A DNA stretch of 64,000 bases from an uncultured Verrucomicrobiae bacterium (lineage in GTDB: Bacteria > Verrucomicrobiota > Verrucomicrobiia > Chthoniobacterales > Terrimicrobiaceae). The position numbers were made by a program, and so were the translations under genes. Below, piece after piece: positions 51,701 to 64,000 of this stretch (position 1 is the stretch's first letter; each line of letters starts with the position of its first letter). The DNA is taken from NCBI GenBank assembly GCA_963809185.1, contig CAWEIP010000010.1:165933-229932 (forward strand), given 5' to 3'. Under the pieces are notes generated by a model. The model did no database searches, was not told the origin of the DNA, and saw only the letters and a list, made by a program, of their open reading frames with translations.

Positions 51701-52842
51701 AAGACCAGAGCCATCTTTTTTGGCAGCCCGCATTGGTTGAGCTTAAGCTCCGGCCCAATCACGATGACCGACCGGCCGGAGTAATCCACGCGCTTGCCCA
51801 GGAGGTTCTGGCGGAATCGGCCACCTTTGCCCTTGAGCATGTCGCTGAGGGACTTGAGCGGACGGTTGGCGGCGCCCGTGACGGCGCGGCCATGGCGACC
51901 ATTGTCGAAGAGAGCGTCCACCGCTTCCTGCAGCATGCGCTTCTCGTTCCGGATGATCACCTCGGGAGTCTTCAGCTGCAAGAGGGTCTTGAGGCGATTG
52001 TTGCGGTTGATCACGCGGCGGTAGAGATCGTTGAGATCGGAGGTGGCAAAGCGTCCTCCCTCGAGCGGCACAAGCGGGCGCAAGTCTGGCGGGATGACGG
52101 GCAGCACGTTGAGAACCATCCACTCCGGACGGGTCTTCGAATGCATGAAGCCCTGCACAAGCTTCAAGCGCTTGGCGAGCTTTTTGCGGAGCTGCTTGCT
52201 TCGCGTTGCTCCCATCTGCTGCTCGATCTCATCGTTCAGATTGTGAAGATCTGTCTGCTCCAGAAGTTTCTGGATGGCCTCGGCGCCCATTCCCGCGACG
52301 AAGACATCTCCATACTGGTCCTCCGCCTCGCGAAATTCCGCCTCGGTCAAGAGTTGGCACTTCTGCAGCGGGGTATTGCCGGGATCGATGACAATGTAGT
52401 CCTCGTAGTAGATGACCCGTTCGAGCTGCCTGCTCGTCATATCGAGCATGAGGCCGATACGCGAGGGCATGCACTTGTAAAACCAGATATGCGAGACAGG
52501 GACCGCCAAGTCGATATGGCCCATGCGCTCGCGACGCACCCGGCTCAATGTGACTTCCACGCCGCAGCGATCGCAAACCACCCCCTTATGCTTGATTCGC
52601 TTGTACTTGCCGCACGAGCACTCCCAGTCCCGTGTCGGACCGAAAATGCGCTCGCAGAACAAGCCGCCTTTCTCGGGCTTGAACGTCCGGTAGTTGATCG
52701 TCTCGGGGTTCTTGACTTCGCCCTTGCTCCAGCTTCGAACGCTGTCGGGTGAGGCAACCGTTATGGCCACCTCATCGAATCCGACCGGACGCTGTTCTCC
52801 AAAAATTTCGCCAATATTGACTTCTTTCATAGGTAATATCAC
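48729..52842 (-). CDS. rpoC: DNA-directed RNA polymerase subunit beta', one frame break at 48883-48885
   Basis: The 1361-aa ORF has [12 protein letters not shown] and all beta' blocks. It derails at ...TEAATSG. Removing one G restores [24 protein letters not shown]..., which is encoded by ORF 48729..49013. Confidence 0.95.
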
Positions 52843-52857
52843 GCTACATGCGCTTGC

Positions 52858-56654
<3,797 letters not shown>

Positions 56655-56925
56655 GGCGATAGAATGAGCGGATGAGTGGTGCCCTTCAGCGCGATGGCGC
56701 CCACTGCGAGAACCGAGAAAAGACAAAACGCCACCACGCGGGCCGGAAAGGCACTTTTCCCGGCTCGTGCGGAGACGCGAGTTGTAAAGCGTTTTTCCGA
56801 ACAGTGCAGAAGGCTAGACGTGAGTCGGCGGAATTATTGATAGTGAACCGTCACGCCGGGAACGCAAGCCAAAAATCTGAAATTTTTTTGGCCTGCATCC
56901 CGGGATATTTCTGCGCAGGGAGAAT

Positions 56926-57312
56926 CTATTTGATCTCCACCTTGGCGCCGACGGCTTCGATCTTCTTCTTGATCTCTTCGGCTTCTTCCTTGGTGATACC
57001 CTCCTTGAGGGTTTTTGGAGCGCTCTCGACGAGCGCCTTGGCCTCTGCGAGGCCGAGGCCGGAAACCGCGGCGCGGACTTCCTTGATGACCGCGATTTTG
57101 TTGCCTCCCGCCTCCTTCAGGATGACGTCAAAGGCCGTCTTCTCTTCGGCGGGCGGAGCCGCGGCTCCTCCGGCGGGGGCTCCGGCGGCGGCCACCGCGA
57201 CGGGTGCGGCGGCGCTAACGCCCCATTTTTCTTCAAGTTGCTTCACCAGGTCAGCGATCTCCAGAACAGTGAGCGCGCTGAGCTGATCCACGAGGTTTTG
57301 TGTGTCTGCCAT
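56926..57312 (-). CDS. rplL: 50S ribosomal protein L7/L12
   Basis: [32 protein letters not shown], then an Ala/Pro hinge, then [19 protein letters not shown]...[12 protein letters not shown]. Confidence 0.95.
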   Translation of the reverse strand: MADTQNLVDQLSALTVLEIADLVKQLEEKWGVSAAAPVAVAAAGAPAGGAAAPPAEEKTAFDVILKEAGGNKIAVIKEVRAAVSGLGLAEAKALVESAPKTLKEGITKEEAEEIKKKIEAVGAKVEIK

Positions 57313-57471
57313 TATTGTTGATGTTTGGTATCGTCGCACCCCGAAGCCTCAGGGCATTTGAGGCTGACAGCCGTCAGCCCGACAAGGAACCGATTGGGTT
57401 TTTTGTTGCCCGCAGCGCGGCTTCAGACGCCGCGGGAAATCTTTTCCGTCCGCTTCGCAAGATGGTTCATC

Positions 57472-57987
57472 TTACTGGCCTGCCGCCTCGGCTTTCGCCT
57501 GAAGGACGCGGGCGAGGCTGGAGGCCGGTTCGTTGAGCACGCGCACAAGCTTGGTTGCCGGGGCCAGCAGCAGACCAAGGAGCTTGGCCTGCAGGACATC
57601 CTTGGGGGGAAGGTCGGCTAGCGCCTGGATCTGTTCGGCATTGAGAATGGCGTCGTCGAGAATGCCGGCTTTGACCGGAGGCCGCTCGAATTCGGACACG
57701 AACGTCTTGAGAACCTTGGCCGCAGCGCAAATGTCGTTTTCGCCGGTGACCATGGCGGTTTGTCCGCTGAGCGCGCCATTGAGTTCGGGAAGTCCCAAGG
57801 CCTTGATGGCGCGCTTGATGAAGGTGTTCTTGATGACGTGGATTTCGGCGTCGACGCGTGCCAGGCGCACACGCAATTCCTCGAAGTGTTTGACCTGCAT
57901 GCCGGTGTAGTCGGCGATGAGCAGGAACGGCGAGTTCTTCAGCTTCGTCTGGATGTCTGCGACGATGTTGGCTTTTTCAGGTCTCAT
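57472..57987 (-). CDS. rplJ: 50S ribosomal protein L10
   Basis: 171 aa. Shows MRPEKANIVADIQTKLKNSPFLLIADYTGMQVKHFEELR. It lies between rplA and rplL. Confidence 0.9.
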   Translation of the reverse strand: MRPEKANIVADIQTKLKNSPFLLIADYTGMQVKHFEELRVRLARVDAEIHVIKNTFIKRAIKALGLPELNGALSGQTAMVTGENDICAAAKVLKTFVSEFERPPVKAGILDDAILNAEQIQALADLPPKDVLQAKLLGLLLAPATKLVRVLNEPASSLARVLQAKAEAAGQ

Positions 57988-58026
57988 CTAAGAGATGATG
58001 GTTGAGAGTTGATGGTTGAGAGACCG

Positions 58027-58729
58027 CTAGTTTTTCAGGAACGGAGCTGGGTCTACGCTGACCCCGGGGCTCATGGTGGCGGCCAGAGTGATGGCTTCGA
58101 CAAACGAGCCCTTTGCCGTAGCGGGCCGAGCTTTGACAACGGCCTCGATGACGGCGCTGCCATTCTGCACCAGGGCCTCCTCCGCAAAGGAAAATTTGCC
58201 GACGGGAACCGAAACATTCGCGTTCTTGTCGAGCTTGAACTCCACCCTGCCGGCCTTCACTTCCCGGACAGCCCTGGCGGTGTCGTCAGTGACCGTTCCC
58301 GCCTTCGGGTTCGGCATGAGACCGCGCGGGCCCAGGACCTTTCCCAGCTTCTTGACCTCGGCCATGGCGGCGGGAGTCGCAATGGCGACATCAAAATCAG
58401 AAAAGCCGCCGGTGACCTTCTTGATCAGATCCTCATACCCGACAAATTCCGCGCCCGCCTCCCTAGCTGTATCCGCCGCCGGCCCCGTGGCGAAAACCAG
58501 GACGCGAACTGTCTTGCCGCTGCCGTGCGGAAGCGGGCATGTGCCCTCGAACCATCTGGTCGCTTTGCTTGGGATCGACCCCCAACTTGAAGGAGAGCGT
58601 GACGGTCTGATCGAATTTCGTCGGAGGAAGGGTCTTGAGGGTCTTGACCGCTTCGCTGAGCGGATATTTGCGTTTGCCGTCCACCTTCTCGGCGGCGGCC
58701 AGATAACGTTTGCTGCGATTTTTTTGCAT
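58027..58729 (-). CDS. rplA: 50S ribosomal protein L1, one frame break at the C3 run 58544-58546
   Basis: MQKNRSKRYLAAAEKVD..KYPLSEAVKTLK...FDQTVTLSFKLGVDPKQSDQMVRG | TCPLPHGSGKTVRVLVFA...AMAEVKKLGKVLGPRGLMPNPKAGTVT. Confidence 0.9.
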
Positions 58730-58877
58730 ATTATAGCAGTGCGAACGACCCGTCACAGGTCTCCTGCAGTATGTGGTTGTGTAGATGCTTTCTATCCCTC
58801 CTCGGAATCGAGGCGAACCTAGAAACGGTAGCGGGTCTCGTGCTGGCGAGTCAAGCGTCAATTCGAAGAAATACCTT

Positions 58878-58919
58878 CCCGCGCGCGCGAGGGCCGTCGG
58901 ACAGGGCCCGCGCGCGCGG
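58878..58919. other. Strong GC-rich hairpin in the divergent rplA / RRM-gene intergenic region
   Basis: cccgcgcgcgcgagggcc - gtcggaca - gggcccgcgcgcgcgg forms a stem of about 16 bp with one bulge, followed on the + strand by acaaaaaaa. Its role (5'-UTR structure or terminator remnant) is unknown. Confidence 0.4.
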
Positions 58920-59074
58920 ACAAAAAAACTTCGCTTTACATTCGCCCAAAAATTCGGAATCTGGCGCCCGGTTAGAACGCGATTTTTGAAGCTGGAGCGT
59001 AGTATAGCGATATGCCGTCTGCGGCTGATGCTCTGAGAATTGGCGATGGCCCTGAGAAGAAACATATCGCAAAC

Positions 59075-59434
59075 ATGAAACTCTATGTAGGAAATCTCTC
59101 CTTTCAGACCACGGAGGGAGCGCTTGAAGAACTCTTCGCCCAATTCGGGACCGTCACCGAGGCGATGCTGGTCATGGACAAGATGACCCAGCGCCCCCGC
59201 GGATTTGGCTTCGTCACCATGGGCACCGCCGAGGAAGCGCAAAAGGCCATTGACGCCCTTAATGGCAAGAATGTCGATGGACGCAACTTGATCGTCAACG
59301 AAGCGCGGCCGCGCGAGGAGCGTCCCCCACGCCGCGATTTTGGTGGGGCGGCGGCGGACCGCGGCGGCATCAGCACGGCAAGGGCGGCGGTTACCGCGAC
59401 CGCAGATAGCATCGCCATCGAAGCGTCGAATTAA
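59075..59434 (+). CDS. RRM (RNP-1/RNP-2) RNA-binding protein
   Basis: MKLYVGNLSF (RNP-2) and RGFGFVTM (RNP-1). One more G in the G4 run at 59345-59348 would give a typical Gly/Arg tail, GGGGGGPRRHQHGKGGGYRDRR-stop at 59409. That differs from the tail read in the listed frame, so the true 3' end may be 59409. Confidence 0.85.
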   Translation: MKLYVGNLSFQTTEGALEELFAQFGTVTEAMLVMDKMTQRPRGFGFVTMGTAEEAQKAIDALNGKNVDGRNLIVNEARPREERPPRRDFGGAAADRGGISTARAAVTATADSIAIEASN

Positions 59435-59549
59435 CCGCATCTGAAAAGGGCCGCGTGTCCTGATGGTCGCGCGAGGGGCCCTTGTGCCAAGGTGAGCCGG
59501 TCGTCACAAGGGGGCCGGGACGGCGAGCCGGTTGTTAGCTTAATCTAGG

Positions 59550-59975
59550 CTAATCGCTGACTTCGATGCCCATTTGACGGGCGGTCCCGCAAATGGTGCG
59601 AAAGGCCGCCTCTTCGCTATGGGCGTTCAGGTCTTTCATCTTCAGCTTCACGATATCCATGACCTGCTTTCTGGAGAGCTTGGCGACCTTGGTCTTGTTT
59701 GGTTCCTTGGAGCCCGCGGCCAGGCCTGCCGCCTTTTTCAGAAGCACGGAGGCGGGAGGCGACTTCGTGATGAAAGAAAAAGTCTTATCCTTGTAAACGG
59801 TTATTACCACCGGGAGGATGTCTCCGGCCTGCTTCTGCGTGGCGGCATTGAATTCCTTGCAGAAGGCCATGATATTGACGCCCTGTTGACCAAGGGCAGG
59901 ACCGACCGGCGGCGCAGGGTTGGCTTGTCCGGCAGGAATTTGCAGTTTGATCTGTCCAACGATTTCTTTTGGCAT
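59550..59975 (-). CDS. rplK: 50S ribosomal protein L11
   Basis: [44 protein letters not shown]...[19 protein letters not shown]. Confidence 0.95.
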   Translation of the reverse strand: MPKEIVGQIKLQIPAGQANPAPPVGPALGQQGVNIMAFCKEFNAATQKQAGDILPVVITVYKDKTFSFITKSPPASVLLKKAAGLAAGSKEPNKTKVAKLSRKQVMDIVKLKMKDLNAHSEEAAFRTICGTARQMGIEVSD

Positions 59976-60054
59976 ATGCAAGCGACCTTCCGATGAGGCG
60001 GAAAAGGGGCTAGGAAGCAATCATGGAATCCCCTCTGGGGCAAGCCGATTTTCC

Positions 60055-61164
60055 TTATTTTTTCGCGAGCCGCCAGAAAAGAATACTCCCCAGCGTAATA
60101 AAGAGAACGTTGGGGATCCAGATCAGAAGGGTCGGATGCGCCGCAGGGTTTCCGCGGAAGGTATCCGCCATGATGATGAAGAAAAAGTAGGTAAAGGCAA
60201 TGACGAGGCTCAGGGCGAAGCCGACGGAGGTTTCCTTGCGATGAGCGGTGATACCCAGGGGCACCGCGATCAGAGCAAACGCCACGCACGCAAGCGATGC
60301 GGCGAAGCGCTTGTGAAGTTCGACAGTTGCCCTCAGTTTCTCATCCCCTTCGATGCTCGGAAGATAGCCGAGTAACTCGGGCAAGGTGTAGGAGCTGAGC
60401 CGGCGTCCGCTGAGATATTCCTTATAGAATTCCTCGAGCGAAATCGGAAAGACGCCTTCGGTCACCTCGATTCCTTGCCGGATCTTTGTCAGGTCGCGCG
60501 GATCGTGTTTGTCACGTTCCTCGAAACGGGCATCGAACAACCTTAGTAAAAGCCGGATATTTGCGGGATCGGGGGTCAATACACCTTCCTTGGCATAAAC
60601 CATCTTCATCGGCTCGCTATTTTCGTTGAGTTCGAAGACGATCAGATTCTTGAGACGATCGCCCTCCTTGGCACCCACATAGACTCGGCGGTCCGGAAAT
60701 TGATCCACCACCTCGTCCGCGCGAAACAGGGCCGCCGGATTGCTCGTGGCGATATCCACGACCGTCTTGGTCATTTGCTGTTCGGCGCGCGGCGCGACCT
60801 CGATGTTGATCCAAAAGCAAATCCCGGAAAGGACGACGGCCAGCAGGAAAACAGGAATGCAAATGCGCGGAACGCTGACTCCGTTGGATTTCAATGCTAC
60901 CAATTCGTTGTCGGCGGAGATGCGCCCAAAGACGAGCAGGAGGGCCGTGAGAAATCCCCACGGGATCGTAAAGGTCAGCGAAAACGGCAGGACCAGCGCC
61001 ATAAACGCCAGAACGGTCGCGATGGGGACCTCTGGGTTGTTGATGAGAACGTCGAGCAGCTGTTTGAAAAGATTGCCGAGGACGAGCACGAGGCTGAGGA
61101 CGACGACTCCGAAGAAGGCCGTCGCAATCACGCTGATGCCAATATAGCGGTCGATAATCTTCAT
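60055..61164 (-). CDS. LptF/LptG (YjgP/YjgQ) family LPS export permease
   Basis: MKIIDRYIG..V...F.....LSLVLVLGNLF ... FGRISADNELVALKSNGVS. It has 6 TM helices with a central periplasmic domain. Confidence 0.8.
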   Translation of the reverse strand: MKIIDRYIGISVIATAFFGVVVLSLVLVLGNLFKQLLDVLINNPEVPIATVLAFMALVLPFSLTFTIPWGFLTALLLVFGRISADNELVALKSNGVSVPRICIPVFLLAVVLSGICFWINIEVAPRAEQQMTKTVVDIATSNPAALFRADEVVDQFPDRRVYVGAKEGDRLKNLIVFELNENSEPMKMVYAKEGVLTPDPANIRLLLRLFDARFEERDKHDPRDLTKIRQGIEVTEGVFPISLEEFYKEYLSGRRLSSYTLPELLGYLPSIEGDEKLRATVELHKRFAASLACVAFALIAVPLGITAHRKETSVGFALSLVIAFTYFFFIIMADTFRGNPAAHPTLLIWIPNVLFITLGSILFWRLAKK

Positions 61165-61255
61165 CAAAAAACCACTCGATTCCACGCTCCCTCCAGCGGG
61201 AGAAACTCGGAAGGGGCCATGGAATTAGGCCATCGTTGTCGCGTGTTCAAGCGTT

Positions 61256-62483
61256 TTACCAAAAACCGAGCGCCTTGCGCGCGATCTCGCCGCTTTGAAC
61301 GAAGTGACGATCCCGCAACCAGGACTCGACCTCGGGAAGGTGCATCGCTCCCCATGGCACGACCACGCAGCGGTAGTCCTTGAGGGACGACTCGATCTCT
61401 GCGAAGAAGCCGCTGGTTCCGCGCAATGAGGATATCTTCGACGACCTGCTCCTGCGGGTATTAGCGTCGGCGATTGGCGACGACGGGTCGGCCAGAAATC
61501 CTACCAGTTCGCGAAGATCGTTGCTTTGGAAAATGGCCATGACGGCAAGGATGAAAGCAATCGTCTGAGGATGGAAGGTTTCGATATCGACATCCGCATG
61601 CCTGAAATAAATGCCCGCGCTCTTCGCGCTGAGAGGCTTCTGCGCACTGCGCACTGTCTGCGCCCGAATTCTGTTTGCTCGAATTCCGTCGCAACACGTT
61701 CGGAGAACGCGCTGTCGGACTGCGAGGTGACATTCAAGAACCTTCGCCAGGCGCCCATAGTCTAGCGTGCGTCCGCCAAGGAGCCGCTTCCGGTCCGTGA
61801 CGCCCTCGAGCAATACAACCGATGGCACCTCCGGGTCGGCCGGCGGCAAAAGGCCGGCATAGAACTCCCCTCGCGCCACGTGCATCATACCGGCAAGTCG
61901 CACTTCGCGGTCGCCGGACTGAAATTTTCGCTCGATCAGATAGATGCCATCGGGACGAACGCGAACATATCCCCCGGTAAGCTGATTCGACCTGCGCAGA
62001 AAAGCCCAGCAAAAGCAGCTCGCGGCAAAAAGAGCCAAAAACCACGAACTGTCAAGGGCCCGCAAGAATCAAGTATCTCCACGAAAAGGCCGGCGCATCA
62101 TTGACCGGAAATGGCAGGGTCCAGGCGCATCGTTGGATCCCCGGGCCGAGCGCCACAGCCAAAGCGAGCAGCACCTGCACCAAGGCGAGCGCGAATGGCG
62201 AGATAAGGAACTTTCCAGAAACCCAGCGGAAACGCCATGCCTGGTCCGGCCCACCATACAAACACAATAGGCGGGATCGAGGAATGCGCTTCGGCGCCCT
62301 CGGCGTCACGCCTATAATCAACACCATGAGCACGCTCATCGCGAGGAACGCAAACGGCAAAATTCCTCTGACCACGATCAAGGGGGAATGGCCCATGGCC
62401 AGCGAAATCACTTCATCAGCGGCGGAAAATATCCCGTCCGCAAGAAACAGTAACCAGAACAGGGTGACGGTACCTCGGAGCAC
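61256..62483 (-). CDS. Membrane-anchored TraB/GumN-like protein (putative), at least 3 frame breaks
   Basis: The N-terminal TM region is in ORF 62052..62483. The soluble part carries REVRLAGMMHVARGEFYAGLL...VVLLEGVTD..RLL...LDYGRLAKVL|NVTSQSDS (alternative frame) ...CVVVPWGAMHLPEVE, reminiscent of the TraB/GumN HV...EGV...GA.H pattern. Weak assignment. Confidence 0.35.
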
Positions 62484-62499
62484 CTCGGCAACCTAGCAG

Positions 62500-63914
62500 A
62501 GGCAAGAGTCCGCTCAACTGGACTCTTTTCCGCTTCGGATTTCGCGGGTGAACCAAGCGATCCCTAAGGCCGGAATCTTGCCCCGGACGATCCGGCGGCT
62601 GATCGACCGTCGAGCGAAGACCGCGTCCGGTGAGTGCGGAAACCGCCAAGGCTGCGGCGAAAAGGCAGCCTGACGAGGCGAGCAGCGGCCAGAGTGCGTA
62701 GGCCCCGCCGCCGCGACGAAGCTCCGCGCTGAGCAGCAGACCCGGCAAGCATGGGCCCACCCAACGCGCCAGGCTGCCACTGGATTGCATGAGACCTAAG
62801 GCGCGGCCCTGCCAGTTGGATTCCGCGCTCCGGGAGGCGAGAGCCGAAAGAGTTGGCATCAGCAGGCTGTTTCCGATTCCGACCGCTGCCGTAGCCGCAA
62901 ACATCGCTCCCACTCCCGAACTCAGCGCAAGGGCGCACAACCCGCGCACATAGAGACTGCGCCGGCAAGCGCAACGGGTGCCTCCCCGAAACGGCGCACA
63001 AGCCGTCCAATCAGACCACCTTGAATGATGACCCCAAGAATGCCAATTCCGGCAAGAATGTAGCCGGTGTGCAAGGCATCAAGGCCGAAGCGATGGAAAA
63101 GCAAGAGCGCAAAAAGTGCCGTCATCATTGAAAAACCGACAATCACAAGAAAGTAGCTCGCCAAACTCCATACGAAGGTCGCCCTCTCCACATGATCGAA
63201 GAGGTTCGGGAACATCGGCTCGCTTTCTGGTCCATCGGAATTGGCGCGGCGGGATTCCGGAAGACAAAACATGACGAAGAAGAAATTTATCAGGGAAAGC
63301 GCCGCGGCGATAAACATCGGGTGCCGCATAGTTAAAGGCGACGCTGGCCCATCCACCCAGCGCCGGACCAAAAACGAATCCTAGGCCGAAGGCCGCGCCA
63401 AGAAGCCCCATCGCCTTGGCGCGGTTCTCGGGCGTGGAGATGTCTGCGAGATAAGCCTGCGCTGCGCCGATGTTTGCGCCGGAAATTCCATCGATCAAAC
63501 GTGCTACAAAGAGCATCATCACCGAAGTGCCGCGAGACCCATGAGCACGTAACCAACCACCGTGCCAAACAACCCGAAGAGCAGCACCGGCTTACGTCCA
63601 AAGCGATCGGAAACCTTACCCCAGACGGGCGCGAAGAAGAACTGCGCGAGCGAAAAGATCCCGACCAGCCATCCGATCTGCATCGCCGTCGCCCCAAAGT
63701 GCTCTGCATAAAGCGGCAGGACCGGAATCACGATTCCAAAGCCAAGAATGTCGATAAAGCAGGTCAGAAAAATCGTCAGATATTGGAGCGGGCGGCTTGG
63801 CCATGTAACCGGGCGAGAATCAACAGGAGATCGTGCTGCAAAAGCAAGGGCTCGCGGGCCGCTCGTCGACCGCGGAGAAGAGCGATCTTTCGGTTTCTGA
63901 AATCTCATGGCCAC
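62500..63914 (-). CDS. MFS transporter (DHA1/TetA-like), split over 4 ORFs (breaks near 63520, 63340 and 62940); 3' end uncertain
   Basis: FLTCFIDILGFGIVIPVLPLYAEHFGA...WGKVSDRFGRKPVLL (motif A) | ARLIDGISGANIGAAQAYLADIS...GAAFGLGFVFGPALGG | later TM segments lie in two further frames. Confidence 0.75.
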
Positions 63915-64000
63915 GGTGATTGCCCCGGAAAGAGTTCCTCCAATGAGACGTCAAGCCACCGTCCCGAGCTTGCACGATGAGCCGATGGGCTGTTACTTGA

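Noticed and set aside
56868-56893. A hairpin gccaaaaa-N9-tttttggc in the rplL-rpoB spacer as the classical rplL-rpoB attenuator
   Set aside because: The stem is A/T-rich and only 8 bp, with no downstream U-run on the minus-strand RNA. The position is suggestive but the structure is too weak to call.

Overview
GC-rich 64-kb bacterial chromosomal window. All calls come from reading the supplied ORF translations and the DNA by eye, with no database search. The gene content suggests a PVC-superphylum, Verrucomicrobia-like organism; this is inference only, based on a Chlamydia-type YtgC-YtgR permease-repressor fusion, a short EF-Ts, an RRM RNA-binding protein and a Trp/Tyr/Gly-rich secreted repeat protein.

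Layout, left to right:
- 1-0.9 kb: frame-disrupted ISL3-type transposase remnant at the window edge.
- 0.9-6.2 kb: BtpA, an orphan nuoE-nuoF pair, a WYL-domain (YafY/BrxR-like) regulator and metF.
- 6.2-27.1 kb: about 20 intact genes. These are a SAM methyltransferase, DJ-1, DUF2237, two aldo/keto reductases, a GT1 glycosyltransferase, a secreted repeat protein, YihY, ferredoxin-type sulfite/nitrite reductase, a GH63-like hydrolase, an FTR1 iron permease with an imelysin-like partner, YjbQ, DUF423, a COG0523 GTPase with a WD40 protein, and FabG.
- 27-31 kb: Gfo/Idh/MocA oxidoreductase, then a TPP riboswitch with thiC.
- 31.4-45.3 kb: metal block. It holds copA-cusB-cusA, a ytgABCD-like metal ABC operon with a permease-DtxR fusion, a divergent MntR, and a CnrYXH-like anti-sigma / periplasmic sensor / ECF sigma triplet.
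- 45.4-47.2 kb: NYN/YacP protein, SufE-like protein and a rhodanese.
- 47.3-60.0 kb, minus strand: translation/transcription block rplK | (RRM gene on the opposite strand) | rplA-rplJ-rplL-rpoB-rpoC-rpsB-tsf.
- 60-64 kb: LptF/G permease, a TraB-like membrane protein and an MFS transporter.

No rRNA, tRNA, CRISPR array, prophage or recognisable defence island was seen.

Dominant technical observation: at least 35 single-base frameshifts. Several hit indispensable genes (rpoB, rpoC, rpsB, tsf, rplA). Most of the eleven sites I reconstructed at base level sit at short homopolymer runs. None falls in the 21 kb from 6.2 to 27.1 kb. I read most apparent pseudogenes, and one apparent gene fusion, as sequence-quality artefacts.

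I did not find a convincingly new multi-gene system. The best biological leads are the YtgCR-type fusion operon with an extra MntR, the CnrYXH-like module, the FTR1 fusion with a His-less imelysin partner, the COG0523-WD40 pair and the interrupted rplK/rplA arrangement.
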